A stretch of DNA of 64,000 nucleotides from Pseudomonadota bacterium (GCA_049325255.1 JBMOMW010000026.1:7646-71645); one strand, 5' to 3'. Positions 36,507-47,372 are shown, numbered from the stretch's first letter. Made by a program: numbers and translations. Notes: generated by a model not told the origin, from the letters alone.

Positions 36507-37750
36507 CCCCGACGGGAGCGCCTGGGGATGAGCCCAGGTAGAGCTGGAGCCGTGTCTGTTTCTGACGGTTGCGCAGTGGCGGTCACCAGATCGCGGGTGG
36601 ACTGGCCAAGCCGGGCGCACAGGATCAGTGACAGGTTAAACAATACGCGCGCCGCGATGGCAGGCATCTTTTCCATGATGCGGCGCACGATCTCCTGGCT
36701 TAGCACCAGCAATTCGGTTTCGTCCGTGGTCACCACATCTGCGGTGCGGGGCGCCTCTGTCAGATAGGCCAGTTCGCCGAATATGTCGCCGCGTTTCAGG
36801 CACGCCACCTCGGCCTTGTCCGGTCCCGCCAGAACCCTGACCTCGCCAGATAAAATGACGAACATTTCCCGCCCCAACTGACCGGCCTTGACGATGGGCA
36901 TGTTTGTTCGGCAATGCAGAACCGATCCGGCGCGAATAAAAGACATCGCCTCGGGGTAGCTTAAGCCCTCCAGCAGCGGGATACCCGCAGTTGGCGATTG
37001 ATTTAGCTTGCGGGCCAGGAAATGCCAGAACTCATCATCAGCCATCGCAGCTTCAACCGGGGCATGTGCGTAATCGGGAAAAGTGCGCGAGAACCAGTTG
37101 CCTGTCTCGGTTGGATTTACCATCCCCCGGGCGATCTGAAGCAGGGGAGAGTTAACCCGCCCAAGATGCTGGAAATCTTCCGTCACCATCACCAGCGGCA
37201 CCTGGTAGCCAAGCACTTCATCCATGAAATTTTCGCGAAACCGGCGATAGCCGAGACGTTGATACAGCGGCAACAGTGCAGGCGCGCATTGGGTGAAATC
37301 AAAACGGCTGCCATTCTGGCGGGCAATTTTATAGACAGCGCTTAACGCCAGTGACGCGGCCCTGCTGTTGGTCCATTTAGGACTAATCACCAATTGGCCG
37401 CTAAGCGAAAGCGCGTCGATACTGAATTCGCGGAACGGACCAAAGCCGTCAAGCTGGGTAATCTCGGAAAGATTGTTGTCGGCCAGCCCGGTATTCAGGC
37501 GCGCGGTTGCGACAATTTCATGGGCGCCAGACTGGGCGACATAGATTTGCTTGCCCGATGCATCCAGCGGATCGCACACCCGTTTGGCGCGATGGTCTGC
37601 ATAAGGGGGTTCGTCGCCAAATTCCTCGACCTTCACCCTGTACCGGAAACGGTAAATCCTCTGGCGCTCCTCCTCGTCGCGCGCGATGAAGGCCTGAAGT
37701 CTTGTATTTTGGGGTGTCCCATCCTGCATCGGTAAAGATTGAATGAACAA
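36503..37750 (-). CDS. fusion protein: N-terminal OlsB/N-acyl-amino-acid-synthase-like GNAT acyltransferase domain plus C-terminal cyclic-nucleotide-binding (CAP effector) domain
   Basis: 415-aa ORF. The N-terminal [21 protein letters not shown] resembles the OlsB-family signature (RYRVFxEEMG). The C-terminal [10 protein letters not shown]...RTADVVT is the canonical cNMP-binding PBC motif. Confidence 0.6.
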   Translation of the reverse strand: MFIQSLPMQDGTPQNTRLQAFIARDEEERQRIYRFRYRVKVEEFGDEPPYADHRAKRVCDPLDASGKQIYVAQSGAHEIVATARLNTGLADNNLSEITQLDGFGPFREFSIDALSLSGQLVISPKWTNSRAASLALSAVYKIARQNGSRFDFTQCAPALLPLYQRLGYRRFRENFMDEVLGYQVPLVMVTEDFQHLGRVNSPLLQIARGMVNPTETGNWFSRTFPDYAHAPVEAAMADDEFWHFLARKLNQSPTAGIPLLEGLSYPEAMSFIRAGSVLHCRTNMPIVKAGQLGREMFVILSGEVRVLAGPDKAEVACLKRGDIFGELAYLTEAPRTADVVTTDETELLVLSQEIVRRIMEKMPAIAARVLFNLSLILCARLGQSTRDLVTATAQPSETDTAPALPGLIPRRSRRG

Positions 37751-37783
37751 GATGAATACAGGGTTAAGAACGCATCAAAAAAA

Positions 37784-37812
37784 GGGGGGCCGCGCATTCG
37801 CGGCCCCAGTTT
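37784..37812 (-). terminator. rho-independent terminator downstream of nrdJ (9-bp GC stem GGGGCCGCG/CGCGGCCCC, 4-nt loop, T7 tract on minus strand)
   Basis: Read directly. Plus strand shows AAAAAAAGGGGGGCCGCGCATTCGCGGCCCCAGTTTT. Confidence 0.75.
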
Positions 37813-37899
37813 TCAGCAGGGAAGACTCCGATGACTATTCGGAGGTACGCAACGCAACTAACTGGCGATATTCCCTTAATTCCTTGGAAAACCATTCCT

Positions 37900-40800
37900 T
37901 CACGAGCAGCCGCTGGTGGCGCCGCAGGTGTTGCACTTCATGCAGGTGCCATTACGCACCAGTGTGAAATTGCCGCACTCGCCACAGCTTTCTCCCTCAT
38001 ATCCCTTGACCCGCGCTTCCATCAGCAGGCTGGTTTGCGTCGTGCTGCCCCCGCTGCTTACAGATGTGCTCATGGCATAGCTCTCAGTTGTGACAAAGGG
38101 GCCCGTGCCCGTGCACATTTCGCTTAGCAGGCTGGCCGCGACTTCTTCCTGTTCAACAATTGCGGGCCGCTCGGCGCCGCCGGGCAGTACGACAAGACGG
38201 CTGCGCACAAAGCCGGTGCTGGTAACTTTCTGCACCTGCCCGGTAACCTCTTCGATGCCCGATCCCATCGCATCAAAGCGGTACTCGTTGGGTTCCACAT
38301 GCGCCAGATCGCCGCGACCGAGATAAGAGATCGCCAGTTCCCGGAACACATAATCGACAATCGATGTGGCGCTTTTGATCACGTCATTGCCCTGTACCAT
38401 GCCCGCCGGTTCAAAGCGGGTGAAGGTAAAGGCGTCGACAAATTCTTCCAGTGGCACGCCATATTGCAGGCCAATGGAAATGGCGATGGCGTAATTGTTC
38501 ATCAGGCTTCGAAAGGCGGCGCCTTCCTTGTGCATGTCGATGAAGATTTCACCCAGTTTGCCGTCTTCATATTCGCCCGTGCGCAGATAGACCTTGTGTC
38601 CGCCGACGGTTGCCTTTTGCGTATAGCCCTTGCGGCGATGCGGCAGACGGCGGCGCTCAACGTTTTTCTTTTCCGCCTCTAGGGTGCGAATGGCCAGTTG
38701 CTCTGCAACAAGTTGCGCACGCATGGCGGCGGGCGCTTCAATAACGGTTTGCGCCGTTTCCTGGGCGACAGAGGCGTCATTATCCAGAATTTGGGCGTTG
38801 AGCGGCTGGCTCAGTTTGGAGCCGTCACGATACAGCGCGTTGGCCTTGATCCCCAGGCGCCAGGATTTCATATAGGCGCTGGAACATTCCGCAATCGTTG
38901 CGTCATTGGGCATATTGATGGTCTTGGAGATGGCGCCGGAAATAAACGGCTGGCAGGCCGCCATCATTTCGATATGGCTATCCACACTCAGATAGCGCTT
39001 GCCAATGCGCCCGCATGGATTGGCGCAATCAAACACCGGCAGATGCGCGTCTTTAAGACCCGGCGCGCCTTCCAGTGTCATGGTGCCGCAGCAATACAGG
39101 TTTGCGGCATCCACATCGGCCTGGGTGAAACCAATCGCCGTCAGCATGTTGAAATTCATGTCTTCCAGCTGTTCCTGGCTCAGGCCCAGAACAGCGGTGC
39201 AGAAATCCTCGCCCAGCGACCATTTGTTGAAGACGAACTTGATGTCGAACGCAGACGCCAGTCCGGCCTCGATGGTTTCCAGTTGCGCGTCGCCAAACCC
39301 GCGCGCGCGCAGGCTATCGTGATTGACGCCAGGCGCCCCGTTCAGTGTGCCACGGCCCACGGCATAATCGATAATGGCGTCAATTTCGGCTTGCGCATAG
39401 CCCAGCACCTGCAATGCGGGCGGCACGGTCTGGTTGATGATCTTGAAATATCCGCCGCCCGCCAGTTTCTTGAACTTGACCAGGGCGAAATCCGGCTCGA
39501 TCCCGGTGGTGTCGCAATCCATGACCAGGCCGATGGTGCCGGTTGGCGCAATCACGCTGGCCTGCGCATTGCGATAGCCATGCGCCTTGCCCAATATCAC
39601 GGCGCGGTCCCAGGCAACCCGTGCGGCGGCAATCAGCGCCTTATCGGGGCAACTGGCAGCGTCCAGCGGCACAGGCAGGGTCTGCAAACCTTCATAGCCG
39701 TGGGTTTCACCAAGTGCCGCGCGTTGATGATTGCGCATCACCCGTAGCATCGCATCCGCATTTTTCTCATACCCCGGAAAGGCGCCAAGCTCGCGCGCCA
39801 TCAAGGCCGAGGTTTCATAGGAAACGCCCGTCATCAGCGCGGAAATGCCCCCGGCAACGGCGCGCCCCTCAGCGCTGTCATAGCCAAGCCCCATGCCCAT
39901 CAGCAGCCCGCCCAGATTGGCGAAGCCAAGCCCAAGGGTGCGATATTTATAGGACAGTTCGGCGATTTTCTGCGATGGGAACTGCGCCATCATCACGGAA
40001 ATTTCCAGCACGATGGTCCATAGCGATGCCGCGTGTGAGAAGCCCGCCACATCAAAGGCGCCTGCGCCATCCTGGAAACGCATCAGATTGAGCGAGGCCA
40101 GATTGCAGGCGGTATCGTCCAGGAACATATATTCCGAGCATGGATTGGATGCGCGGATCGGCCCGCTTTTGGGGCAGGTATGCCAGTCATTAATGGTGGT
40201 GTGAAACTGCAACCCCGGATCGGCGGACGCCCACGCGGCCTCGCCTATGCGATCCCACAGCTTGCGCGCGGGCAGGGTTTTGGTCACAACGCCATCGGTG
40301 CGCCGGGTCAGCGACCATTCCCCATCTTCTTCAACTGCTTTCAGAAACGCGTCTGTTACCCGTACGGAATTATTGGAGTTTTGCCCCGATACAGTCAGAT
40401 AGGCTTCGGAATCCCAGTCGGTGTCGAAGGTCGGAAAATCCATCCGCTTATGGCCCTGGCGGGCAAACTGAATCGAGCGCTGAATATAATTTTCCGGCAC
40501 CATCATGGCGCGGGCGTTGCGGATTTCCTGACGCAGGGCAGGGTTCTTTTTCGGATCGAAGCATTCATCGCCATCGCTGCTGCAATTGACGCAGGCGCGG
40601 ATGATGGCGTTCAGATGTTTATCGAGCAGCTTGGAGCCGGAAACCAGCGCCGCGACTTTTTGTTCTTCGAGCATTTTCCAGTCGATAAAGGTCTCAATAT
40701 CCGGGTGATCAACATCGACGATCACCATTTTTGCGGCGCGCCGTGTCGTGCCGCCGGATTTGATAGCGCCCGCAGCACGGTCGCCAATACGCAAAAAGCT

Positions 40801-41565
40801 CATCAGGCCGGATGATTTTCCGCCACCCGAAAGCGATTCGTTCTCGCCGCGCAGGGCAGAGAAGTTGGAACCCGTGCCCGAACCATATTTGAACAGGCGC
40901 GCCTCACGCACCCATAAATCCATAATGCCGCCTTCATTCACCAGATCGTCACTGACGCTCTGAATGAAACAGGCGTGGGGTTGCGGGCGCTCATAGGCGC
41001 TGAGAGAACGCTGCACCTCGCCGGTGGTGTGATCCACATAGAAATGGCCTTGCGCCGGTCCATCAATGCCATAGGCCCAATGCAGGCCGGTGTTGAACCA
41101 TTGCGGGCTATTGGGCGCGCACATCTGGCTGGCCAGCATATAGCGATGCTCATCATAAAAGGCGCGCGCATCGTCCTGTCCATCGAAATAGCCGCCCTTC
41201 CAGCCCCAATAGGTCCACGCGCCCGCCAGACGGTCAAATACCTGTGTCGCCTGCTTTTCGGGACCAAAACGCTTGGTCGGGTCGATCCGCTCCAGTGCGG
41301 CGTCGTCTGCGGTGTGGCGCCATAACCAGGCCGGCACATCGGCCTCCTCGATAGGGCGAAGCTCAACAGGAACCCCGGCTTTACGGAAATATTTTTGCGC
41401 CAGAACGTCACAGGCCACCTGGCTCCAACTGGCTGGGACGCGGATATCTTCCAAACGGAATACAATCGACCCGTCGGGATTACGAATCTCGCTATTCGCT
41501 GTACGGAACGCGATGCTATCGTAGGGTGACTTGCCTTCGACCGTGTAGTGACGCTTAACGCGCAT
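37900..41565 (-). CDS. nrdJ: adenosylcobalamin-dependent ribonucleoside-diphosphate reductase (class II, long NrdJ)
   Basis: 1221-aa ORF. RNR barrel motifs and C-terminal CxxC...CxxC zinc-finger tail (CGECGN...CMKCNTC) typical of alphaproteobacterial NrdJ. Confidence 0.9.
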   Translation of the reverse strand: MRVKRHYTVEGKSPYDSIAFRTANSEIRNPDGSIVFRLEDIRVPASWSQVACDVLAQKYFRKAGVPVELRPIEEADVPAWLWRHTADDAALERIDPTKRFGPEKQATQVFDRLAGAWTYWGWKGGYFDGQDDARAFYDEHRYMLASQMCAPNSPQWFNTGLHWAYGIDGPAQGHFYVDHTTGEVQRSLSAYERPQPHACFIQSVSDDLVNEGGIMDLWVREARLFKYGSGTGSNFSALRGENESLSGGGKSSGLMSFLRIGDRAAGAIKSGGTTRRAAKMVIVDVDHPDIETFIDWKMLEEQKVAALVSGSKLLDKHLNAIIRACVNCSSDGDECFDPKKNPALRQEIRNARAMMVPENYIQRSIQFARQGHKRMDFPTFDTDWDSEAYLTVSGQNSNNSVRVTDAFLKAVEEDGEWSLTRRTDGVVTKTLPARKLWDRIGEAAWASADPGLQFHTTINDWHTCPKSGPIRASNPCSEYMFLDDTACNLASLNLMRFQDGAGAFDVAGFSHAASLWTIVLEISVMMAQFPSQKIAELSYKYRTLGLGFANLGGLLMGMGLGYDSAEGRAVAGGISALMTGVSYETSALMARELGAFPGYEKNADAMLRVMRNHQRAALGETHGYEGLQTLPVPLDAASCPDKALIAAARVAWDRAVILGKAHGYRNAQASVIAPTGTIGLVMDCDTTGIEPDFALVKFKKLAGGGYFKIINQTVPPALQVLGYAQAEIDAIIDYAVGRGTLNGAPGVNHDSLRARGFGDAQLETIEAGLASAFDIKFVFNKWSLGEDFCTAVLGLSQEQLEDMNFNMLTAIGFTQADVDAANLYCCGTMTLEGAPGLKDAHLPVFDCANPCGRIGKRYLSVDSHIEMMAACQPFISGAISKTINMPNDATIAECSSAYMKSWRLGIKANALYRDGSKLSQPLNAQILDNDASVAQETAQTVIEAPAAMRAQLVAEQLAIRTLEAEKKNVERRRLPHRRKGYTQKATVGGHKVYLRTGEYEDGKLGEIFIDMHKEGAAFRSLMNNYAIAISIGLQYGVPLEEFVDAFTFTRFEPAGMVQGNDVIKSATSIVDYVFRELAISYLGRGDLAHVEPNEYRFDAMGSGIEEVTGQVQKVTSTGFVRSRLVVLPGGAERPAIVEQEEVAASLLSEMCTGTGPFVTTESYAMSTSVSSGGSTTQTSLLMEARVKGYEGESCGECGNFTLVRNGTCMKCNTCGATSGCS

Positions 41566-41740
41566 ATTATCTGCCCCGACTTACTATCTATGTTTACGTT
41601 GGTCTGGATCGGGTGGTGATGCCGACGAAACAAAAGCTGGAAATTGTCCCCCCGCTGCTTTTGTCTCAATACTACATCTAGTGTCCCACTCCCCAGGGAC
41701 CACCAAGACTAGGGGATAGGAAAAAATGCGCAACAACATT

Positions 41741-41749
41741 TTGTGGATA
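41741..41749 (-). promoter_or_regulatory. consensus DnaA box TTATCCACA (minus strand) in an AT-rich leader about 180 bp upstream of nrdJ. A degenerate second box lies near 41757-41767.
   Basis: Plus strand reads TGTGGATAA. A nearby TTTCCACAAG is a partial match. The region 41700-41900 is markedly AT-rich. Confidence 0.4.
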
Positions 41750-42014
41750 AAAAATGAATTTCCACAAGATAATGGGCTGTGCATAACTTTTACTTTAATT
41801 GCCAATATGAAAAAATATCAAATTAAATCAAACAGTTGAGCATGTAATTGAATGTAAAAACTGATCAGATCGGCGGTGTAAAAATAATTTCTGTCCGGTC
41901 CCCAAAATAATAATGATGCCGCACCGGGCTGGACGCTGGGCACAGCGGGTGTCATATTCGCGTCGAATTACGCTATTATTCGGGAGCTGGATCGTTACTG
42001 ATTGAATCGCAACA

Positions 42015-42130
42015 CCCCCTTCGTCATTGCGAACGAAGTGAAGCAATCTAGGAGTCACACGCGCAAGCCTGCGATTTTGGCCACTGGATTGCCACGCCGC
42101 TTACGCGGCTCGCAATGACGGTGGAGGGGG
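42015..42130 (+). repeat. copy A of a ~116-bp imperfect-palindromic dispersed repeat with terminal inverted repeats (CCCCCTTCGTCATTGCGA ... TCGCAATGACGGTGGAGGGGG)
   Basis: Internal inverted symmetry read directly. A second, inverted copy lies at 44953-45073. Confidence 0.6.
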
Positions 42131-42181
42131 CGGTTGTGATTAAAAGGAATCCCGCTCCTGCTATCACCTGAGAGGAATGTA

Positions 42182-42568
42182 ATGCGCCTGCTAATCAAAC
42201 AGCTTTTTACCTGGTGGGATGGGCAGAGCGCGGGAACGCGGCTGTGGACCTGGCGCAAGGGGGTGCGGGTCGGCGCCGATTCTCAGGGCAACATCTATTA
42301 CCGCGAACGCAAGCGGGACCGCCGCTGGGTGATCTATAACGGCGAGGTGGACGCCTCCCGCATACCGCCGGAATGGCATGGCTGGCTGCATCATACGGTG
42401 GATGAATTGCCCGGCGAATCAACACACAGGCGCAAGAAGTACGAGAAGCCCCATCTGTCGAATCAAACGGGCACGCCAAATGCCTACCGTCCCAGGGGCA
42501 GCATCCTGAAGGGCGCCGGCAACCCAAAAGCGGCGGGCGCCTATGAAGCCTGGAAACCGGAAGCATAA
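42182..42568 (+). CDS. NDUFA12-family (complex I 17.2-kDa subunit-like) protein
   Basis: 128-aa ORF MRLLIKQLFTWWDGQSAGTRLWTWRKG...YYRE, characteristic of bacterial NDUFA12 homologues. Confidence 0.6.
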   Translation: MRLLIKQLFTWWDGQSAGTRLWTWRKGVRVGADSQGNIYYRERKRDRRWVIYNGEVDASRIPPEWHGWLHHTVDELPGESTHRRKKYEKPHLSNQTGTPNAYRPRGSILKGAGNPKAAGAYEAWKPEA

Positions 42569-42570
42569 TC

Positions 42571-43032
42571 ATGGGTGGAAATATTGTTGAAACACTGATC
42601 GGCGCTGCAGTGTTGGCGGTTGCCGGCATCTTTCTGGCCTTTGGCTATTCGACCAGCAGTATCAACAGCGATGGCGGCTTCAAACTTATTGCCAAATTTG
42701 ACCGGGTTGACGGGCTGACGACGGGTAGCGATGTGCGCATGTCGGGTATCAAAATAGGCACCGTGGTCGATCAGCGGCTTGATCCGGCAACCTATCAGGC
42801 CGTGATCGAGATGGATATTGACCGGAAAGTGCAACTGCCCGATGATTCGTCGGTCAAGATCACCAGCGAGGGGTTGCTCGGCGCTACCTATATGTCGCTG
42901 GAAGCGGGCGGCAGCGAAGATTTTCTTGAAAACGGCGGCGAGATTCGCTTTACCCAAGGCTCCATTGATATCATGAGCCTGATTGGCCAGGCCATATTCT
43001 CGGCAACCGGTAAGACCGAAGAGAAAAAATGA
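42571..43032 (+). CDS. MlaD-like MCE-domain protein (outer-membrane lipid asymmetry)
   Basis: 153-aa ORF with N-terminal TM helix and MCE-like domain. Confidence 0.6.
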   Translation: MGGNIVETLIGAAVLAVAGIFLAFGYSTSSINSDGGFKLIAKFDRVDGLTTGSDVRMSGIKIGTVVDQRLDPATYQAVIEMDIDRKVQLPDDSSVKITSEGLLGATYMSLEAGGSEDFLENGGEIRFTQGSIDIMSLIGQAIFSATGKTEEKK

Positions 43033-43808
43033 CTGCATCCGACGCACCGGCTTCCGCCGCCAGCCAGCAATGGCAAGCGGAATCCTATGCGCGCAACGCC
43101 CGGTTTGTGGCCGATCTGGCGCGGCCCGTAGTTGATCTGCTCAACCCCAGGCCCGGAGAGGAGATACTTGATCTCGGCTGCGGGGATGGGGCGCTGAGCC
43201 TCGCCATTGCAGCACGGGGCGCCAGGGTTACGGGCATTGATCCCAGTCCCTCTCTGGTGGCTGCGGCGCATGCGGCCGGGCTTGTTACGGTTAGGGGCGA
43301 TGCGACGGTGATGCCTTTCACCAACTGCTTTGATGCGGTTTTCACCAATGCAGTGTTGCACTGGATATCAAAACCCGATGCGGTGATTGATTCTGTCGCA
43401 AAGGCATTGCGCCCCGGCGGGCGCTTTGTGGGGGAGTTTGGCGGGCATGGCAATGTGGCGGCCATCGTGGTGGCCCTGCGCGCCACGGCCCGCAGACATG
43501 GCCTGGATGAAAGCCAGGTTTCGCCGTGGTTTTACCCGACGCCTGCGGAATATGCGGACAGGCTGACGCACGGTGGATTTCACGTCGACACGATCGAATT
43601 AATACCCCGGCCTACGCCGCTGCCAACCGGCATTGAGGGCTGGCTGGATACGTTCCGGGCGCCATTTTTTCAATCATTACCCAGCGAAAAGCGCGCTTCG
43701 ATTCGTCAGGAAATTATCGGCCTGCTGGCACCGTCCTTGTGTGATTCGCAGGGCAACTGGACGGCGGATTATGTCCGGCTGCGGTTTGCAGCGCATCTGG
43801 CGGCCTAG
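43029..43808 (+). CDS. class I SAM-dependent methyltransferase (Tam-like)
   Basis: 259-aa ORF with SAM motif ILDLGCGDG. Confidence 0.75.
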   Translation: MTASDAPASAASQQWQAESYARNARFVADLARPVVDLLNPRPGEEILDLGCGDGALSLAIAARGARVTGIDPSPSLVAAAHAAGLVTVRGDATVMPFTNCFDAVFTNAVLHWISKPDAVIDSVAKALRPGGRFVGEFGGHGNVAAIVVALRATARRHGLDESQVSPWFYPTPAEYADRLTHGGFHVDTIELIPRPTPLPTGIEGWLDTFRAPFFQSLPSEKRASIRQEIIGLLAPSLCDSQGNWTADYVRLRFAAHLAA

Positions 43809-44330
43809 ATGATGAAAGTGAAATCAGGCATTGTCGTGCTTTGTTTGTTATCCCCTATCGCCGGGTGGGCGCAGGAAATAATTCCGCCATCGGAACCGGC
43901 GGAGACCCTCGAAGTGCCCAGTCTGGAAGAGGAACTTGGCGGCGTTGCGCCATGGTCACAGGTTCCACCGGCGGGCGCACAACCTGCGACCGTTGAAACC
44001 GAAGATGAACGGCGCGCCAAGACCGTGCGTCTGAACGGACTGGACAAGATCACTGGACGGATCATGTCCTTTGATGCGCCGGTGGATGCGCCAACCCTGT
44101 TTGGCGCGTTGCAGATTACAGCCCGCACCTGCCACAAGCGCCCGCCCGAAGAAACGCCCGAAACCAGCGCCTATCTGGAGATCGCCGATTTTGGCGCCGC
44201 AGCGGCCGCCAGCAGCGGCAAGGCCAGGGGACAACCTATATTTTCGGGCTGGATGTTTGCGTCAAGTCCCGCACTTTCGGCGCTGGAACACCCGATTTAC
44301 GATGTCTGGGTGATTGATTGCAGAACATGA
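43809..44330 (+). CDS. secreted DUF2155-like protein
   Basis: 173-aa ORF with signal peptide MMKVKSGIVVLCLLSPIAGWA. This family is commonly adjacent to NDUFA12-like genes in alphaproteobacteria. Confidence 0.45.
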   Translation: MMKVKSGIVVLCLLSPIAGWAQEIIPPSEPAETLEVPSLEEELGGVAPWSQVPPAGAQPATVETEDERRAKTVRLNGLDKITGRIMSFDAPVDAPTLFGALQITARTCHKRPPEETPETSAYLEIADFGAAAAASSGKARGQPIFSGWMFASSPALSALEHPIYDVWVIDCRT

Positions 44331-44947
44331 GCGCCGCTACAGGGATCGGGCATGGCATAAAAATCGCCACTGCTGTTGATGGCCCGGCGCAATAACTGCT
44401 GATAGCGGATGCGCGGAATTTCGACGCCCCCGAAACTGCCCAGATGCGGTGTCAGGAATTGGGTATCCAGCAGCTGAAAGCCGCCCGCGCGCAGGCGGCC
44501 CGCAAGATGCGTCAGGGCGACTTTGCTAGCGTCGCGCACGAGGCTGAACATGCTTTCGCCAAAAAATGCCGCCCCGATTTGCACGCCGTAAACGCCGCCG
44601 ACAAGCTGTTCGTCTATCCAGCATTCAACGCAATGGGCATGGCCCTGTTCGAACAGGGCGGTGTAGAGGCGGATGATCTGCTCGTTGATCCAGCTATCTT
44701 CATGCCCTGGCCGTGGCGCCGCACACGCACGCATGACCTGCTCGAAAGCGGTATCGATGCGCACCACAAAATGGTCCGCGCGTATGGTGCGGGCCAGTCT
44801 GCGCGATACATGAAATCTGTCCAGCGGCAAAATGCCGCGCATTTCCGGGTCAAGCCAGAACAGGTCCGGATCGTCCCGGCTTTGCGCCATGGGAAAATAT
44901 CCGTGCGCATAGGCGCGCAGCAGCAGTTCCGGCGTCAGTTCAGGCAT
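44297..44947 (-). CDS. aat: leucyl/phenylalanyl-tRNA--protein transferase
   Basis: 216-aa ORF with conserved segments GYFPM, WxDEQLVGGVYGVQIG and GESMFS. Confidence 0.85.
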   Translation of the reverse strand: MPELTPELLLRAYAHGYFPMAQSRDDPDLFWLDPEMRGILPLDRFHVSRRLARTIRADHFVVRIDTAFEQVMRACAAPRPGHEDSWINEQIIRLYTALFEQGHAHCVECWIDEQLVGGVYGVQIGAAFFGESMFSLVRDASKVALTHLAGRLRAGGFQLLDTQFLTPHLGSFGGVEIPRIRYQQLLRRAINSSGDFYAMPDPCSGAHVLQSITQTS

Positions 44948-44952
44948 TTTAT

Positions 44953-45073
44953 TCGTTCGTCTTTGCGAGGAGCGAAGCGACGCGGCAATCCAGGGCGCCT
45001 ATTGAGCCCTTTGCGTGTGACTCTGGATCGCCACGCCGCGATGCGGCTCGCGATGACAGCGTTGTGGAAGGGC
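44953..45073 (+). repeat. copy B (inverted orientation) of the ~120-bp palindromic repeat
   Basis: The reverse complement of copy A aligns by eye. CGTCATTGCGAGCCGCGTAAGCGGCGTGGCAATCCAG matches CGTCTTTGCGAGGAGCGAAGCGACGCGGCAATCCAG, and CTTGCGCGTGTGACTC matches CTTTGCGTGTGACTC. Confidence 0.55.
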
Positions 45074-45113
45074 AACCCAACCTACCTATACCCAACTCTC
45101 ACACATGATCTTC

Positions 45114-46451
45114 TCAGCTGTTAGCGAGACGGGTCTCAAGCCAGTGAATATCATATTCGCCATTTATAAAATCCGGCTCCTCCAGCAGGGCGCGGTGCAA
45201 ATCCAGTGTCGTTTCGACGCCATCAATGACAAACTCGTCCAGCGCGCGGCCCAGGCGCATCAGGCATTCATGCCGGTCGCGGCCATGCACGATCAGCTTG
45301 CCGATCATGCTGTCATAATAAGGCGGTATCCGATAGCCCGCATAGGCGGCGGAATCGACGCGCACGCCAAGTCCACCAGGCACATGGAAATTCTTTATGG
45401 CGCCCGGGCTGGGGACAAAGGTTCTGGGGTGTTCGGCATTGATGCGGCATTCAATGGCGTGGCCACGCAGAACAACATCTTCCTGTTTGAAACTAAGCGG
45501 CATTCCGCTGGCGACACGAATTTGCTCGCGCACCAGATCGATGCCGGTCACCATCTCGGTCACGGGGTGTTCAACCTGTAGACGGGTGTTCATTTCGATA
45601 AAATAAAATGCGCCGTTCTCGTACAGAAATTCAATCGTGCCTGCGCCCAGATAGCCAATTTTCTCCATGGCCTTTGTCACGATGCGGCCGATTTCACGGC
45701 GTGCGGCGTCGTTCAGTGCAGGCGATGGCGACTCTTCGAGAACTTTTTGATGCCGCCGTTGCAGCGAGCAATCACGTTCGCCCAGATGCACCACATTGCC
45801 GTGCGAATCCGCCATGATCTGAATTTCAATATGGCGTGGATGGCCCAGATATTTTTCCAGATACATGGCGTCATCGCCAAAGGCTGCACGCGCCTCGTTA
45901 CGCGCAGTGGCCAGCGCCTCCGCCAGCCTGCCTGCATCTGTGGCCACCTTCATGCCGCGCCCGCCGCCACCGGCGGCCGCCTTACATAGAACCGGATAGC
46001 CGATCTTGGCGGCAATTTCCGCTGCATCGCTATCGTTTACAGCGCCGGGGGAGCCGGGCACCACCGGAATTCCGGCGGCAATCATGGCCTGCTTGGCGGC
46101 GATCTTGTCGCCCATGGTGCGAATATGTTCCGTACGCGGCCCCACAAACGTAATCTTATGCGCCGCCAGTATTTCGGCAAAATTCGCATTCTCGGAAAGA
46201 AAGCCATAGCCGGGATGCACGGCGTCCGCGCCGGTAATTTCACACGCGGTAACGATGGCTGGAATATTGAGATAGGACTTTGCAGCGGAGGGTGGACCAA
46301 TGCACACGCTTTCATCCGCCAGCCGCACATGCATGGCCTCCGAATCCGCCGTGGAGTGCACAGCGACCGTCGCAATCCCCATCTCCTTGCAGGCACGATG
46401 GATACGCAATGCTATTTCGCCGCGATTGGCGATCAGTAATTTTTTAATCAT
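45114..46451 (-). CDS. accC: acetyl-CoA carboxylase biotin carboxylase subunit
   Basis: ORF 45114..46574. The conserved N-terminus [16 protein letters not shown] starts at 46451. ATP-grasp motifs present. Confidence 0.93.
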   Translation of the reverse strand: MIKKLLIANRGEIALRIHRACKEMGIATVAVHSTADSEAMHVRLADESVCIGPPSAAKSYLNIPAIVTACEITGADAVHPGYGFLSENANFAEILAAHKITFVGPRTEHIRTMGDKIAAKQAMIAAGIPVVPGSPGAVNDSDAAEIAAKIGYPVLCKAAAGGGGRGMKVATDAGRLAEALATARNEARAAFGDDAMYLEKYLGHPRHIEIQIMADSHGNVVHLGERDCSLQRRHQKVLEESPSPALNDAARREIGRIVTKAMEKIGYLGAGTIEFLYENGAFYFIEMNTRLQVEHPVTEMVTGIDLVREQIRVASGMPLSFKQEDVVLRGHAIECRINAEHPRTFVPSPGAIKNFHVPGGLGVRVDSAAYAGYRIPPYYDSMIGKLIVHGRDRHECLMRLGRALDEFVIDGVETTLDLHRALLEEPDFINGEYDIHWLETRLANS

Positions 46452-46482
46452 GTGCCGGCCCAAACTATTTTTAGCCTGCGTG

Positions 46483-46923
46483 TCATTCAATGATAGCCAG
46501 GGGTTCGCCGAATTCCACCGGCTGTCCATCCTTGACAAGAATCCGCGCCACCTTGCCGGATTTCGGCGCGGCAATCGGGTTCATGGTTTTCATGGCCTCG
46601 ACAATGAACAGCGTCTGGCCGGTTTCCACTGCATCGCCTACCGCAATGAAGGGGGTGGCCCCCGGTTCCGGCGCCAGATAGACCGTGCCAACCATGGGTG
46701 ATGTGACAGCGCCGGGATGCGCGCCCAGGCTTTCCGCAATTACAGGCTGGGCTGCATGGGATATCGCCGGTGCGGCATACTGTACCGGCGCTGCGGCGCC
46801 GGGCTGACGCGCCACGCGCACCCGCAATCCTTCATGCTCGATTTCAATTTCGGTCAGTCTGGTCTCATCAAGAAGCTCCGCAAGCGCGCGGATCATGTCC
46901 CGGTCGATTTTATTTTTGTTCAT
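46483..46923 (-). CDS. accB: acetyl-CoA carboxylase biotin carboxyl carrier protein
   Basis: ORF 46483..46998. The likely start MNKNKIDRD is at 46923. Biotinyl-lysine motif EAMKTMN. Confidence 0.9.
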   Translation of the reverse strand: MNKNKIDRDMIRALAELLDETRLTEIEIEHEGLRVRVARQPGAAAPVQYAAPAISHAAQPVIAESLGAHPGAVTSPMVGTVYLAPEPGATPFIAVGDAVETGQTLFIVEAMKTMNPIAAPKSGKVARILVKDGQPVEFGEPLAIIE

Positions 46924-46934
46924 GCTTTTTTCCG

Positions 46935-47372
46935 TTAACTCAGGACGTCTGCGAGAGCGTCCAGCGCCAATATATATCCCCGCGCGCCAAAGCCGCAAAT
47001 CAGGCCCAACGCCGCAGGGGTAATGTAGGAGTGATGGCGAAATGTCTCGCGCTGAAACAGATTCGACAGATGCACCTCAATGACGGGTTTTTCAACCGCG
47101 CGCAAGGCGTCCAGGATCGCAACCGATGTATGGGTATAGGCCCCCGCATTGATGATGATGGCGTCGGTATTATTGCGCGCCCATTGAATCCAGTCCACCA
47201 GTTCGCCTTCATGGTTTGACTGGCGAAAATCCAGTTGCCAGCCATGCGCCGCCGCAGACTTGTTCATCAGCAGATGAATGTCGTCAAGTGTTGTCGCGCC
47301 ATAGATTTCAGGCTCGCGCGTACCGAGCAGGTTCAAGTTCGGGCCGTTAAGCACAAGTATCAGCGCTGGCAT
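46935..47372 (-). CDS. aroQ: type II 3-dehydroquinate dehydratase
   Basis: 146-aa [28 protein letters not shown], canonical AroQ. Conserved aroQ-accB-accC arrangement. Confidence 0.9.
   Translation of the reverse strand: MPALILVLNGPNLNLLGTREPEIYGATTLDDIHLLMNKSAAAHGWQLDFRQSNHEGELVDWIQWARNNTDAIIINAGAYTHTSVAILDALRAVEKPVIEVHLSNLFQRETFRHHSYITPAALGLICGFGARGYILALDALADVLS

Noticed and set aside
42080-42086. B12-box-like heptamer GCCACTG upstream of the NDUFA12-like gene and near nrdJ, suggesting a cobalamin riboswitch.
   Set aside because: The heptamer lies inside dispersed repeat copy A. The related copy B lacks it. No other cobalamin-riboswitch conserved segments were recognisable. nrdJ is itself B12-dependent, whereas B12 riboswitches typically repress B12-independent isozymes.
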